Positions 8,815 through 17,697 are shown, numbered from the stretch's first letter. The stretch: DNA of 56,448 nt from a virus (IMGVR_UViG_3300028034_000004:1-56448); one strand, 5' to 3'. Notes: generated by a model not told the origin, from the sequence alone. A program made the numbers and translations.

Positions 8815-9574
8815 CATCATAGAACTAGAAGTAGGTAAACATTTTATAACAGACACAGATAAAGGTGTTATCTTTATGAAAGCGAACTCTGAATTTAGTG
8901 TAGATATGAATAATCTTGAATATCCAGGAGGCTTTGTTTCTAACAATAAATTTAAAGGGTTGGAAATTGAAGAGGTATATATTGAATACGCAGAAAGAGA
9001 AGTTAACGCCAGAACTTACTTTGATAGAATGAAAGACGGTGCCTTCTTTAAATTTTATCGAAAAGGCGCTCTTTATAAAAAACTGCAAAAAGATCTCGTT
9101 TTAAACGTAAAAAGCGGAAAAACTTTCAGAAAGAATAAAGACGGGATAGACTTTGAATATGCAAACGGTGTAGAGGTCGAAGTCAAGAAAATGAAACCAG
9201 GGGAAATACCAGTGAAGTTTGAAGAAATAATCATAGGTGACGTCTTTGGATTCCACGATAACGTATTCATTAGAGTTGAAGGGAATAAAGTTATTTCCCC
9301 TTATAGCAGCTTTGAAATGTCGAGCGATTTTAATTCCGATACAGAAGTAATTAAATATGAAAAAGCCGAACTGGAAAATTATAGTATTGAGGATATTAAC
9401 TTTATCAAGTTAGAACCCGGAGATATATTCACGCTAAAGCAAAGTTCCGGTAAGATAATAAAAGGACAGGATAAGTATTACTTCTTTGAAACCGGCGAAG
9501 TTATTGACTTAAAAAGAATAGAACCTGTAAGTGTTGACTTGTTAGAGAACCCCGATATAGTAGCTTATAAGTAA
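8798..9574 (+). CDS. Hypothetical protein with about four internal ~60-aa repeats
   Basis: ELEVGKHF / RMKDGAFF / EIIIGDVF / KLEPGDIF. Confidence 0.8.
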   Translation: MVKVTNIIELEVGKHFITDTDKGVIFMKANSEFSVDMNNLEYPGGFVSNNKFKGLEIEEVYIEYAEREVNARTYFDRMKDGAFFKFYRKGALYKKLQKDLVLNVKSGKTFRKNKDGIDFEYANGVEVEVKKMKPGEIPVKFEEIIIGDVFGFHDNVFIRVEGNKVISPYSSFEMSSDFNSDTEVIKYEKAELENYSIEDINFIKLEPGDIFTLKQSSGKIIKGQDKYYFFETGEVIDLKRIEPVSVDLLENPDIVAYK

Positions 9575-9612
9575 TTTTTTTATTTTAAGGTCCACCAATA
9601 GGAGGTAATAAA

Positions 9613-10362
9613 ATGAACATTGATTTAGAGATGAAAAGAGTAAAGAATTTCAAGGCTGGTGATTTTTTATCGATAGATGGTGATTATTATATCAAAATGA
9701 AAAACATCATAATGAACGATGAAATAGTTCCTGTATATGGTTATAAGCAAATGCTTAAGAATGCCAAAGCTCAAAAGGTAACTTATGATATAATTGATTC
9801 TAAAAAGATTGAATATCATGAATTAATGATTGGCGACATTTTTAAGATAAACAAAATGTCAAAAACACTATATAAATGTTTCGATAATTCATTTTTGAAT
9901 TTAAGGTCCATGAAATACCATAAACTAAAAGAAATTAATTTGGGTGATGTGTTTAAAGTAAAGTTAAAATTTAAAGAAGCCGAACAAAAATTGTCTAAAA
10001 TAAGATATTTAGATGGTGGTAGTATATTTATATGCGATGAGAAAAAGTGTATAGTGGCAAAAAAAGGTGCCAGAACTAAATATGTTGACTTGTTGACTGG
10101 TATGAATTTAAATATAGACGCAAGTTCCCCTGTAAGAGATATCACAGATGAGGTCAAAATAACTTTCAATACAAGTTGTAGAAAAAAATACGAAGAATTA
10201 AATCCTGGCATGGTCTTTGAATTAATCGGCGGAGAAGGCTTATTTATGAAAAAACCTCATGATATCTTAAATTTAAATACCGGCCGTATTATTTCTGATG
10301 AAGATTTACCTTTATATGAAATAATCTATGTAAATGCCAAACTAAAAGGGGAGATAAAATGA
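9613..10362 (+). CDS. Hypothetical repeat protein, probable paralog of 8798-9574
   Basis: GGAGG RBS; NFKAGDFL / ELMIGDIF / YLDGGSIF / ELNPGMVF. Confidence 0.8.
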   Translation: MNIDLEMKRVKNFKAGDFLSIDGDYYIKMKNIIMNDEIVPVYGYKQMLKNAKAQKVTYDIIDSKKIEYHELMIGDIFKINKMSKTLYKCFDNSFLNLRSMKYHKLKEINLGDVFKVKLKFKEAEQKLSKIRYLDGGSIFICDEKKCIVAKKGARTKYVDLLTGMNLNIDASSPVRDITDEVKITFNTSCRKKYEELNPGMVFELIGGEGLFMKKPHDILNLNTGRIISDEDLPLYEIIYVNAKLKGEIK

Positions 10363-11222
10363 AAGCACATTTTTACTGCACCAGTTATAATAATTTAAGA
10401 ATTAAAACTGATATAGAATTCGAAGTGCCCTATGGATATAATCAATATGTTAGAAAAAACAATGATAAAACTTATCCATATACCATTACCAATTACAATG
10501 CTTTTTTAGAGTTAATCGATATCAATGGTATCGAAGAAAAGGGAATAGAATTATACGGACTCAAAGAATTTTACGGTCACGAAGATAACTTTGGCAAATT
10601 GAACAAAGACTTTCTTTCTAACTGGAATAAATTTAAACCCCTTAAAAGGTATCGTTTAAATAAAGGCCACAGTGAGAATATGTTTGGGATACATATGTTG
10701 GCTTGGGAAAGTGTTCTGGTGATGTTTGATGGAGGTTTTTATTTCGACAATATCACACCAGAAGAATTAAAGGTACTCATTAAGAGCACGAATGGAGTAG
10801 TTAAAGAAAAAGCCGAAAAACTACTTGAAGTGTTGGGTATGGAGGAAGAGGAAATCGAGGAAGCCAGAGAAACTGTAAGGTTCTACGAAAAGAGAATGCA
10901 ATATATCGTAGACGATCACAGCGAAGAAATACTAAATGAATTTGATGGCAAATTGTACGATTATGATGGGGATAAAATAATGCCGTATGATATTAAAACA
11001 GGTTTAGATTGCGGTTTCTTACACGCTTATTCTGAGAACAAATTATATAATGAAGCCAAAGAAATAGTTGTTCTCTATGACGATGAAGCCGATTGGATGA
11101 ATTTGAGATTGCCTTATTCGCCACAGTCAGTAACTTTAAAGAAAAAAGTTTTTGGGAAAGTTAAAGAAGTCGTCAATGATTTCATTGGTGAGGAATTGTA
11201 TTGTAAAACAGTATTAGACTAG
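10359..11222 (+). CDS. Hypothetical protein
   Basis: 287-aa ORF, ATGA overlap with upstream gene, GGGGAG RBS. Confidence 0.8.
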   Translation: MKAHFYCTSYNNLRIKTDIEFEVPYGYNQYVRKNNDKTYPYTITNYNAFLELIDINGIEEKGIELYGLKEFYGHEDNFGKLNKDFLSNWNKFKPLKRYRLNKGHSENMFGIHMLAWESVLVMFDGGFYFDNITPEELKVLIKSTNGVVKEKAEKLLEVLGMEEEEIEEARETVRFYEKRMQYIVDDHSEEILNEFDGKLYDYDGDKIMPYDIKTGLDCGFLHAYSENKLYNEAKEIVVLYDDEADWMNLRLPYSPQSVTLKKKVFGKVKEVVNDFIGEELYCKTVLD

Positions 11223-11229
11223 GAGGGTT

Positions 11230-11832
11230 ATGATGACAGGGATGGAAGCGTTGGAAAAGTATTATTATACTAAAGAAGAGAAATACTTTGAATATGGGAT
11301 CGAAGATACCATGGATATTATAATGAATAAATTGAAACAATATAACATTTACACCAGGGTAGAAGAATTTGTTCAAGAAGTTAAATTGAAAGTTTGGAAA
11401 GCGTTTACTTTTAATTATGATCCAAGCAGATCGGGAGTCTATACTTTCTTTGTTAATGTTTGTGACAATGCGATAGTTCAATATTTAAAGAGAATAAATA
11501 GATTCAAAAGGGTGGCTCTTTTGGAAGCTGTATCTTTAAATGAAACCATAGATGATGAAACCGAAACAGAGTTTATTGAATTGCTCCAGGAAGACGAAGA
11601 CCTTGAATATAAGGTTGTTAATTCAATTGAGTACGAAAGGTTAAAAAAGGTTTTCGTTTCGATGCTCACCCCAATGGAGAAAAATATATTCGAAATCCTA
11701 ATTGAGGATCACAACAGCCAGGCAGATTATAAATTAATTATGGAAGAGACTGGTTATAGAGCAAAACAGATAGATAACGCTTTGTGGAGAATCAGAAAAA
11801 AAGCCGAGAACGCAACGTTCTTAAAGGATTGA
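11230..11832 (+). CDS. RNA polymerase sigma factor, SigH (Spo0H)-like
   Basis: Region 2 EEFVQEVKLKVWKA..YDPSR..TFF; VSLN; region 4 LTPMEKNIF...KQIDNALWRIRKK, compared with SigH SIDNALQRVKRK. Confidence 0.85.
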   Translation: MMTGMEALEKYYYTKEEKYFEYGIEDTMDIIMNKLKQYNIYTRVEEFVQEVKLKVWKAFTFNYDPSRSGVYTFFVNVCDNAIVQYLKRINRFKRVALLEAVSLNETIDDETETEFIELLQEDEDLEYKVVNSIEYERLKKVFVSMLTPMEKNIFEILIEDHNSQADYKLIMEETGYRAKQIDNALWRIRKKAENATFLKD

Positions 11833-11860
11833 AATTGTGAAATTTTGGTACTGTTTCTTG

Positions 11861-11873
11861 TATAAGTATAGTG
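11861..11873 (+). promoter_or_regulatory. Candidate phage promoter TATAAGTATAGTG
   Basis: Intergenic; 11 of 13 bases match 6643-6655. Confidence 0.4.
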
Positions 11874-11924
11874 AAGGGAAGAAAATATCCCTCAAAAAAT
11901 CTATTAAATAGGAGTGGAAATATT

Positions 11925-12155
11925 ATGGAAAAAGAAAACAAAACAACTATGAATCAGGCAAAAGACGATGTTAAACAAGGTGTTAATGCTGCTCGCGAAG
12001 ATATCGCTAAAGCTTCAATGACAACTAAGCAAAAGGTCATGATTGGAACTACAGTTGTAGCAGCTGCTGGTGCAGGTTTTGCAGCTGGCTATGTTGTTGG
12101 TAAACGCAAGAAGAAAGACTCACAAGAAAACATAGAAACAAAAGAACTGGATTAA
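11925..12155 (+). CDS. Small single-pass membrane protein
   Basis: AGGAG RBS before ATG 11925; hydrophobic VMIGTTVVAAAGAGFAAGYVVG followed by KRKKK. Confidence 0.75.
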   Translation: MEKENKTTMNQAKDDVKQGVNAAREDIAKASMTTKQKVMIGTTVVAAAGAGFAAGYVVGKRKKKDSQENIETKELD

Positions 12156-12171
12156 TTCCAGTTCTTTTTTT
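12141..12171 (+). terminator. Intrinsic terminator
   Basis: AAAGAACTGGA-TTAAT-TCCAGTTCTTT plus T-run. Confidence 0.8.
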
Positions 12172-12192
12172 GCTGTAAAAAAAGGAGGGATA

Positions 12193-12336
12193 ATGATGGA
12201 AGAAAAAAAGCCAAATAAAAAAGACTTTACAATATGGTCCGGTCTAGTATTTACTCTAGGCGTGCTTGTGGGATCCGGAGCCACAAGCTGGATTGCAACT
12301 AGACCTCGCCGTAAGATAAAAAAGGATGATAAATAA
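12193..12336 (+). CDS. Small single-pass membrane protein (47 aa, not in ORF track)
   Basis: AAGGAGG RBS; MMEEKKPNKKDFTIWSGLVFTLGVLVGSGATSWIATRPRRKIKKDDK. Confidence 0.75.
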   Translation: MMEEKKPNKKDFTIWSGLVFTLGVLVGSGATSWIATRPRRKIKKDDK

Positions 12337-12407
12337 TGGAAAGAATTGTTTACGGTTGGGGAGAATCGATCAAGGAAATTTTAGACGAACTAATAAAAAC
12401 TGTTTAA
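12336..12407 (+). CDS. Putative 23-aa peptide (not in ORF track)
   Basis: TAATG coupling to the previous gene; MERIVYGWGESIKEILDELIKTV; fills the gap to the next RBS. Confidence 0.5.
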   Translation: MERIVYGWGESIKEILDELIKTV

Positions 12408-12419
12408 GGATGTGGTAAT

Positions 12420-12656
12420 ATGCCAAATTGGTGGGATGGAGCAGCAAGCTCCAAATCTAGTAAATACAGCAAAAGTTATAATTATAGTGACAATAACATT
12501 GAAGATGCTGCAGAAGATTTAAAAGAAGAAATAAATGATGACTCCGCAGTTTTGGTACCACTTTTCACTGCTGCTGGACTAGCATTAAAAGGTATTGCAG
12601 AAAAAATGGGTGACTCCATTGTTGAAGTTATAGAATGGAGGTGGCCACATGAGTGA
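12420..12656 (+). CDS. Small hypothetical protein with a hydrophobic segment
   Basis: 78-aa ORF; AVLVPLFTAAGLAL. Confidence 0.7.
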   Translation: MPNWWDGAASSKSSKYSKSYNYSDNNIEDAAEDLKEEINDDSAVLVPLFTAAGLALKGIAEKMGDSIVEVIEWRWPHE

Positions 12657-12915
12657 TGAATTTTGGGACGGACCAAGTAGTGGTGGAGACGATTGGGATG
12701 ACTTCGATTTTTCTGCTGATGAAGATTTTTCTGCTGATGAAGATTTCGAGATAGACTATGAAGTAGAAGACGTAGTCTATGAAGATAAAAATGACGCCAC
12801 CTTAAAAAGGAGACGTCTGGCCAAAAAAGCTGGGTTCTATTCTATTGGGGTATTGCTTCTCGGGGTTGGGAATGCTCTAATAAAAAGAGCCCGTAAATGG
12901 AAGAAAAGGGATTAA
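12649..12915 (+). CDS. Small acidic protein with C-terminal membrane anchor
   Basis: GGAGG RBS; very acidic N-terminus containing an 18-nt tandem duplication (DFSADE x2); TM segment flanked by basic residues. Confidence 0.75.
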   Translation: MSDEFWDGPSSGGDDWDDFDFSADEDFSADEDFEIDYEVEDVVYEDKNDATLKRRRLAKKAGFYSIGVLLLGVGNALIKRARKWKKRD

Positions 12916-12932
12916 TCCCTTTTCTTTTTTTT
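12901..12932 (+). terminator. Terminator formed by a perfect 26-bp palindrome at the convergent gene junction
   Basis: AAGAAAAGGGATTAATCCCTTTTCTT followed by a T-run. Confidence 0.75.
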
Positions 12933-13220
12933 AGCCCTTATTTTTTCTTCGGTTCTATCAAAGAGTTCATTCCCTAATTCCTGTCCAATATTATAAGAAG
13001 CCGTTCCTAAACCAAGCATTGCTGGTAAAGCTTTTTGTGGAAAATCTTTGATATGCTTCCTGTGGAAACCAAATCTATCCATTACATTGGCTGTATTACC
13101 GAAGTCTTTAAGTAATGGTTGGCTAGAATTAAGCAACATTCCAGCCCCAGTACCTAAAGCAGCGCCTCTGCTGCCTTCAAGCAATACATCTTTAAGAAGT
13201 TCTTTGTTCGTTCTTGGCAT
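12912..13220 (-). CDS. Hypothetical protein with Gly/Ala-rich segments
   Basis: 102 aa; GGAGG RBS. Confidence 0.7.
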   Translation of the reverse strand: MPRTNKELLKDVLLEGSRGAALGTGAGMLLNSSQPLLKDFGNTANVMDRFGFHRKHIKDFPQKALPAMLGLGTASYNIGQELGNELFDRTEEKIRAKKKKRD

Positions 13221-13440
13221 AGTCCACCTCCGGTTCTTCCCATTTTAAAAGAATTGTTATGTTGGAATGTTTATCTGTATACTTATCTTCATCATGTATT
13301 TTCCAACCATCTTTTTTATCAATTATGCAGCGTTGATTGATTCTTTGATACATCATAATATCTGTTTCATCCTGCATATCAAACACTTTCACCCTTAATT
13401 TAGTGTCGCTGTCTTTAGAAAAGAAATCGAATCCATTCAC
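13192..13440 (-). CDS. Hypothetical protein
   Basis: Start reassigned to GTG 13440 (GGAGG RBS; GTGA overlap with the upstream stop). Confidence 0.7.
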   Translation of the reverse strand: MNGFDFFSKDSDTKLRVKVFDMQDETDIMMYQRINQRCIIDKKDGWKIHDEDKYTDKHSNITILLKWEEPEVDYAKNEQRTS

Positions 13441-13766
13441 ATCAAATACCTCCAAATGAAATATAGTATGATTATATGGAAGACCTGATCTATTACAAAT
13501 ACCAACCACATTGGAGCTTCTTTGTCTCTTTTTATATATTTAATCCACCAGATTGTCGGTTTCCTGGTATCAATAAAAAAGTGAGTAAAGAATATTATAG
13601 CCGCTATTAACCAGAAGTTTGGATAACCCCAGACTGGTATTAATACAATAAGAGAATACGTTAAAGCATGTACGAATAAGTATCTATAGTCACTTGTTTT
13701 CTTTTTTGCCCACTCAGCTGGTTGAAATAACCAATCACCTAATAGGTGGTATATTAGTAGTCTCAT
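13437..13766 (-). CDS. DUF3307-like membrane protein
   Basis: HLLGDWLFQ...LFVHALTY...THFFID...IDQVFHI His/Asp pattern in TM helices. Confidence 0.8.
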   Translation of the reverse strand: MRLLIYHLLGDWLFQPAEWAKKKTSDYRYLFVHALTYSLIVLIPVWGYPNFWLIAAIIFFTHFFIDTRKPTIWWIKYIKRDKEAPMWLVFVIDQVFHIIILYFIWRYLM

Positions 13767-14065
13767 TTGGCAGCCTCTTTAATCATATTTCCTAATGCAG
13801 ATGCTTTCTTTCTCATATGAACTCTGTACAATTTATCTAAGTGTCTTTTACCTTCTGGTGTAACCATTTCGGAAGTTAACTTAAATTCTCTTGGTAGACG
13901 GTTTTTATATACCCATTTACGACCTTCCTGTGTAAGAAGGTGCTGTTCATTCAAATTTTCTAGAACCTGCTCAAATGCCTCTCTCAGCTCTTTCTCGTTC
14001 TTTTTGGATCTACCTGATTTAAGTCGTGATTGAATACTATCATAAATTGTTGGTTTATCTGACAT
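13763..14065 (-). CDS. Hypothetical protein
   Basis: 100-aa ORF directly downstream of the portal gene. Confidence 0.7.
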   Translation of the reverse strand: MSDKPTIYDSIQSRLKSGRSKKNEKELREAFEQVLENLNEQHLLTQEGRKWVYKNRLPREFKLTSEMVTPEGKRHLDKLYRVHMRKKASALGNMIKEAAK

Positions 14066-14076
14066 TTATCTCACCC

Positions 14077-16086
14077 CTATATTGTAATATTATCCCGTCT
14101 CGGTGGTGCTTTTTCGGGATTTGGTCGCATATCAACCTGTGGGTCCAATTCTTCTCCATTAGTTTGTGGGTCACCTTGTGGTCTGGGTTGAGTTGCACCC
14201 TGTTCTAATTCTTGATACTTCTCCATAATTAATTGAGCCATCTGTGGCATCTCTTGTTTCATTCTTTGCATAATTTGTTCTTTTTCTTCATCTGACATAG
14301 TAACTAATTCTTTTGCATATTTATAAGCCATATCTTCTGGATCTTGCGGAACTTGAGCACCTTCTGCATCTTGCTGCTGAGCCATTGCTTGTTCCATTGC
14401 TTGTTCTTCCTCAATCATTTGAATATAGTTATCCCATAAACCTCCAACATTGGTAGGTGGTTTATCGTTGGCGCCTTTTTCTTGATCTTCGGCCGCTTTC
14501 TGCTGACCTGTAATTCCTGCACGAGTAACTAACTCCTGGACTTTACCCTGAATTGTACCCTGTTCTAATCCTTTGAGTTTAAATAACTCTAGCTTATCTT
14601 TGTAATCTTTTATAGTTTGTTTTAACTCAGAGTCGCTATCTAATCCGGCCACTTCTTTTAAGAAGGTAGAGTCAGATACCTTATCCATCTGATTAAGTTG
14701 CTGTAAGAGTTGTTTTCTCTGAACATCATCAGCCATTTTAAACTCCTGCATCTTAACTTTGTAAGGTTTAACCCCTAAAAAGGTTGCTAACTTAGGTATG
14801 ATAAATTCATTAATCATTTCAAGTAGAGATTCTCTATAAACTAAGAAATGATTTTCTAACATTCTAAGTGAGATAGAAGAACCCGACCATGTGAGTCCGC
14901 CGAACACAAATTCTTGCGGGGCTCCCATACCGTTAATGATGTTTTCGGACACCATTCTCATCTCTTGATTAAGTAATAACATTTTGCCGTCACCGGAAAC
15001 TTTTTGAGTTCCAAGAGGTACCGGCATAATAGGTATGTAATTAGGATCTCTTTTCCACTTTCTGATCTCTTCTTCTACATTTGTTTTCCAACTACCCAGA
15101 CCAGTTCTTCTGTGTGGGGCGGCGTTAGATTGGTTATCCCCTGGAAATAATATTCTAAGCGGCACCAAATGTTCCATAGCGATCTGCTGTTGCGCTTTTC
15201 TTAAAACCTGTAGGTGGAACATATCTTGCATTACAGGCAATATAAGTGGCATGCCCCATTCCATATCATTGTCGGAAACATCCGCTCTTTTGGAATGGTA
15301 GATGTTTGAATTTTTCATTTTAACAGCTTTGCTTTCCTTCAAAGCTTCAAAATAAATTTTTGGGGCGGTCATTAAAGTGTCTTCATCTTTTCCAACAATC
15401 TTTTTCTTTAATTTGTTTGGAATGTTATAATAATACTTATGTTGGCCTGTAATTTCATTATATTCAATATCAAAATGTTCTGGGTTGTGCCTTATAATAT
15501 TAACTTTCTTTAATTGTTTAACTGTATTATCTTCGACTTTAAACTTAACATTACTGCCACAACTTGGACAGACCCCTTTGAATTCATAATTTATAAAGTC
15601 CAAGTCATGCTTTTTTCCGATACCGCCAAAGTCTTCTAACTGATTTTTGGTGTCACAGCTTGGGCAGACAAACATTCTTTTGAAAGGAAAGTACATAGAA
15701 ATCAAAGCATTGCCATAAGTGAAAAAATCAAGGCCATACTTAATTAAAAAATCTTTTAATTTAATTCTTTTATCTAAAGCATCTTTCAATTTTTTAGAAC
15801 CTTTTTCGTCTTGGATTTCTTCTGGCATCTCGTGAATTAAGTCAGTGATTGGATACTCTGACAGTTTATAGATTGTAGTAGATACCAATCCCATAGTTTT
15901 ATAGTAATGTCTACACCACTTAAAAAGTTCTTTAACACTTCTTGGAAAGTAAAATTTAGATAAGTCAAAGAACGGTGATGGATAAGGCATTGGTTTTTTG
16001 ATTTTACCCTGGGTGTGATTGGTCTTACTCCCGGGTAACATGTCGACTCTTTCTCCTGTTAATAAGCTCGTTGGCATATTAATCAA
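14077..16086 (-). CDS. Portal protein with zinc-ribbon insertion and Gln/Met-rich C-terminal tail
   Basis: Portal-like elements LVSTTIYKLSEYP, NIYH..R, WGMPLILPV, IINGMGAPQEFVFGG.TWS; two CPSC motifs. Confidence 0.8.
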   Translation of the reverse strand: MINMPTSLLTGERVDMLPGSKTNHTQGKIKKPMPYPSPFFDLSKFYFPRSVKELFKWCRHYYKTMGLVSTTIYKLSEYPITDLIHEMPEEIQDEKGSKKLKDALDKRIKLKDFLIKYGLDFFTYGNALISMYFPFKRMFVCPSCDTKNQLEDFGGIGKKHDLDFINYEFKGVCPSCGSNVKFKVEDNTVKQLKKVNIIRHNPEHFDIEYNEITGQHKYYYNIPNKLKKKIVGKDEDTLMTAPKIYFEALKESKAVKMKNSNIYHSKRADVSDNDMEWGMPLILPVMQDMFHLQVLRKAQQQIAMEHLVPLRILFPGDNQSNAAPHRRTGLGSWKTNVEEEIRKWKRDPNYIPIMPVPLGTQKVSGDGKMLLLNQEMRMVSENIINGMGAPQEFVFGGLTWSGSSISLRMLENHFLVYRESLLEMINEFIIPKLATFLGVKPYKVKMQEFKMADDVQRKQLLQQLNQMDKVSDSTFLKEVAGLDSDSELKQTIKDYKDKLELFKLKGLEQGTIQGKVQELVTRAGITGQQKAAEDQEKGANDKPPTNVGGLWDNYIQMIEEEQAMEQAMAQQQDAEGAQVPQDPEDMAYKYAKELVTMSDEEKEQIMQRMKQEMPQMAQLIMEKYQELEQGATQPRPQGDPQTNGEELDPQVDMRPNPEKAPPRRDNITI

Positions 16087-16660
16087 CTCCTAATAATACA
16101 TCAGAATATTTCTTTATATAAAATAAACTCTTGATCTGATTTGAAAAAATAGATTCTTCGGTTTCAGCAACCTTACCTGCTGTCTTATCATCTTTAGGTA
16201 GCTTGCTCCAAATTTCCTCAACTTTATCTTTTAGCTTTCCACCGTCAATATGATCATTGACATTCTCAATGTACGGACAATGAAAAATGTTGGCTTGATT
16301 ATAACTTGCCACGATGTAATTGGTGACCTCTTCATTAAATTCCACAGGTGCAATTCTTTCAAAAAAATCTATCGCCACTTGTATTTCATGAGGTTCAGCA
16401 TGTTCTATTTCGGTAAACTCTGGAACAATACCATTAAAAGCGAGAACTATTTTTTCAAAAATCCTAAAATCATTAAAGTAAAAACCTTCGCCGTCCTTAA
16501 ACGCATTTAGTGCAGTCTGGATGGCCATAACTTGATTAAAGAGAACCTCATCTTCACCGATGACCTCACCTTCGATTTCTAGTTCCCTTATAGTTTCTGG
16601 TTCAAAATCTCTCCATCCGTTAATATCTTCGAGGTTATTGTAAAGCTCTATTAGATTCAT
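16079..16660 (-). CDS. Hypothetical protein
   Basis: 193-aa acidic ORF overlapping both neighbours. Confidence 0.75.
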   Translation of the reverse strand: MNLIELYNNLEDINGWRDFEPETIRELEIEGEVIGEDEVLFNQVMAIQTALNAFKDGEGFYFNDFRIFEKIVLAFNGIVPEFTEIEHAEPHEIQVAIDFFERIAPVEFNEEVTNYIVASYNQANIFHCPYIENVNDHIDGGKLKDKVEEIWSKLPKDDKTAGKVAETEESIFSNQIKSLFYIKKYSDVLLGVD

Positions 16661-17697
16661 TGTTTCACCTCGTCAATGATATTATCTATAATAGTCTGAT
16701 GAGGATTAGGTAGAGATTCATAAATAGTCTGTGGGTCCTGACATAAATCATTAACCATATATTCGTCAAAGTTTTCTTTTAATTTATTTTTCATCGCATT
16801 TTTTTTGCTCGGGTCACTAAGTAATCTTTGTAATTCAGAAACTCTATCTACTGATGCTGTCTTTTCTTTTTCTTCGAAAGCCAGCATAAAGGCGTTCTTT
16901 TCGACAGAGAATTTCTTTTCTGCGTTAGTTAATAATTCTTCGTTATTGAAGTTACCTGTATCAACATTGTTTTCAGCATCTAATTTGTCAATTACGGCTG
17001 CTGCTTCTTTAATTTTAGCTTCACCATCTTTTAATTTTTCCACCAATCTCATATAAGGTGCCTGTGCTTCTTTGGTTAGGTGTCTAACTTTAAATTTCAT
17101 ATCCCTTTCAAGGTTAGGATTTATTTTAGCTTCTTTTTCCATTAACCCAAACTTTTCTTTCTTTTCTTTGATTGATGCTGCTAACTTTTCTTTAGTTTCA
17201 TCATCAAGATTATCTTTGATTTCATCAAACTTTGCTGCAGCGACTTTAGTGTGATATTCATCTGGCATTGGAAACTTGCGAATTTTTTTGCCATCTTCTT
17301 CGTACACTAGACCAAAGTCATCATCTGAAATTGACGCTTTCTTTTCCCTGGTGAAATCACTAACCACATAATTATCTGCACCAATATCAAAATGTTCCAA
17401 TTTGGAAGGTACATCGACATCGTATTTAATACATGCTTCTTTAATTCTTGGAGCAGCTACGTTGGTTATTTCCTCTGGTAAATCTTCAATCCCTAACAAT
17501 AAATAAAGTAATGAAAGTATTGTTGACTTCTTATCGCAAATCGGAAACTTACGGTGTTTTCTTTTCTTTTTAATTATTACTGCAAAATCTTTGTCCGGTA
17601 ATTCGTGGACGTCTTCTCGCTTTCTGATAATTATACCTCTGTTGGCTAATTTCTCGAGATATTTATTTTCTGTATCGTCATACTGGTCTATAAACAT
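16657..17697 (-). CDS. Hypothetical head-associated protein with two RKFP domains and K-x-A motifs
   Basis: LPDKDFA..RKFPICD and ISDDDFG..RKFPMPD. Start moved to ATG 17697 (AAGGGGGG RBS). Confidence 0.75.
   Translation of the reverse strand: MFIDQYDDTENKYLEKLANRGIIIRKREDVHELPDKDFAVIIKKKRKHRKFPICDKKSTILSLLYLLLGIEDLPEEITNVAAPRIKEACIKYDVDVPSKLEHFDIGADNYVVSDFTREKKASISDDDFGLVYEEDGKKIRKFPMPDEYHTKVAAAKFDEIKDNLDDETKEKLAASIKEKKEKFGLMEKEAKINPNLERDMKFKVRHLTKEAQAPYMRLVEKLKDGEAKIKEAAAVIDKLDAENNVDTGNFNNEELLTNAEKKFSVEKNAFMLAFEEKEKTASVDRVSELQRLLSDPSKKNAMKNKLKENFDEYMVNDLCQDPQTIYESLPNPHQTIIDNIIDEVKQ

Noticed and set aside
12706-12746. 18-bp tandem duplication (DFSADE x2)
   Set aside because: Simple in-frame slippage in an acidic low-complexity region; no sign of function.
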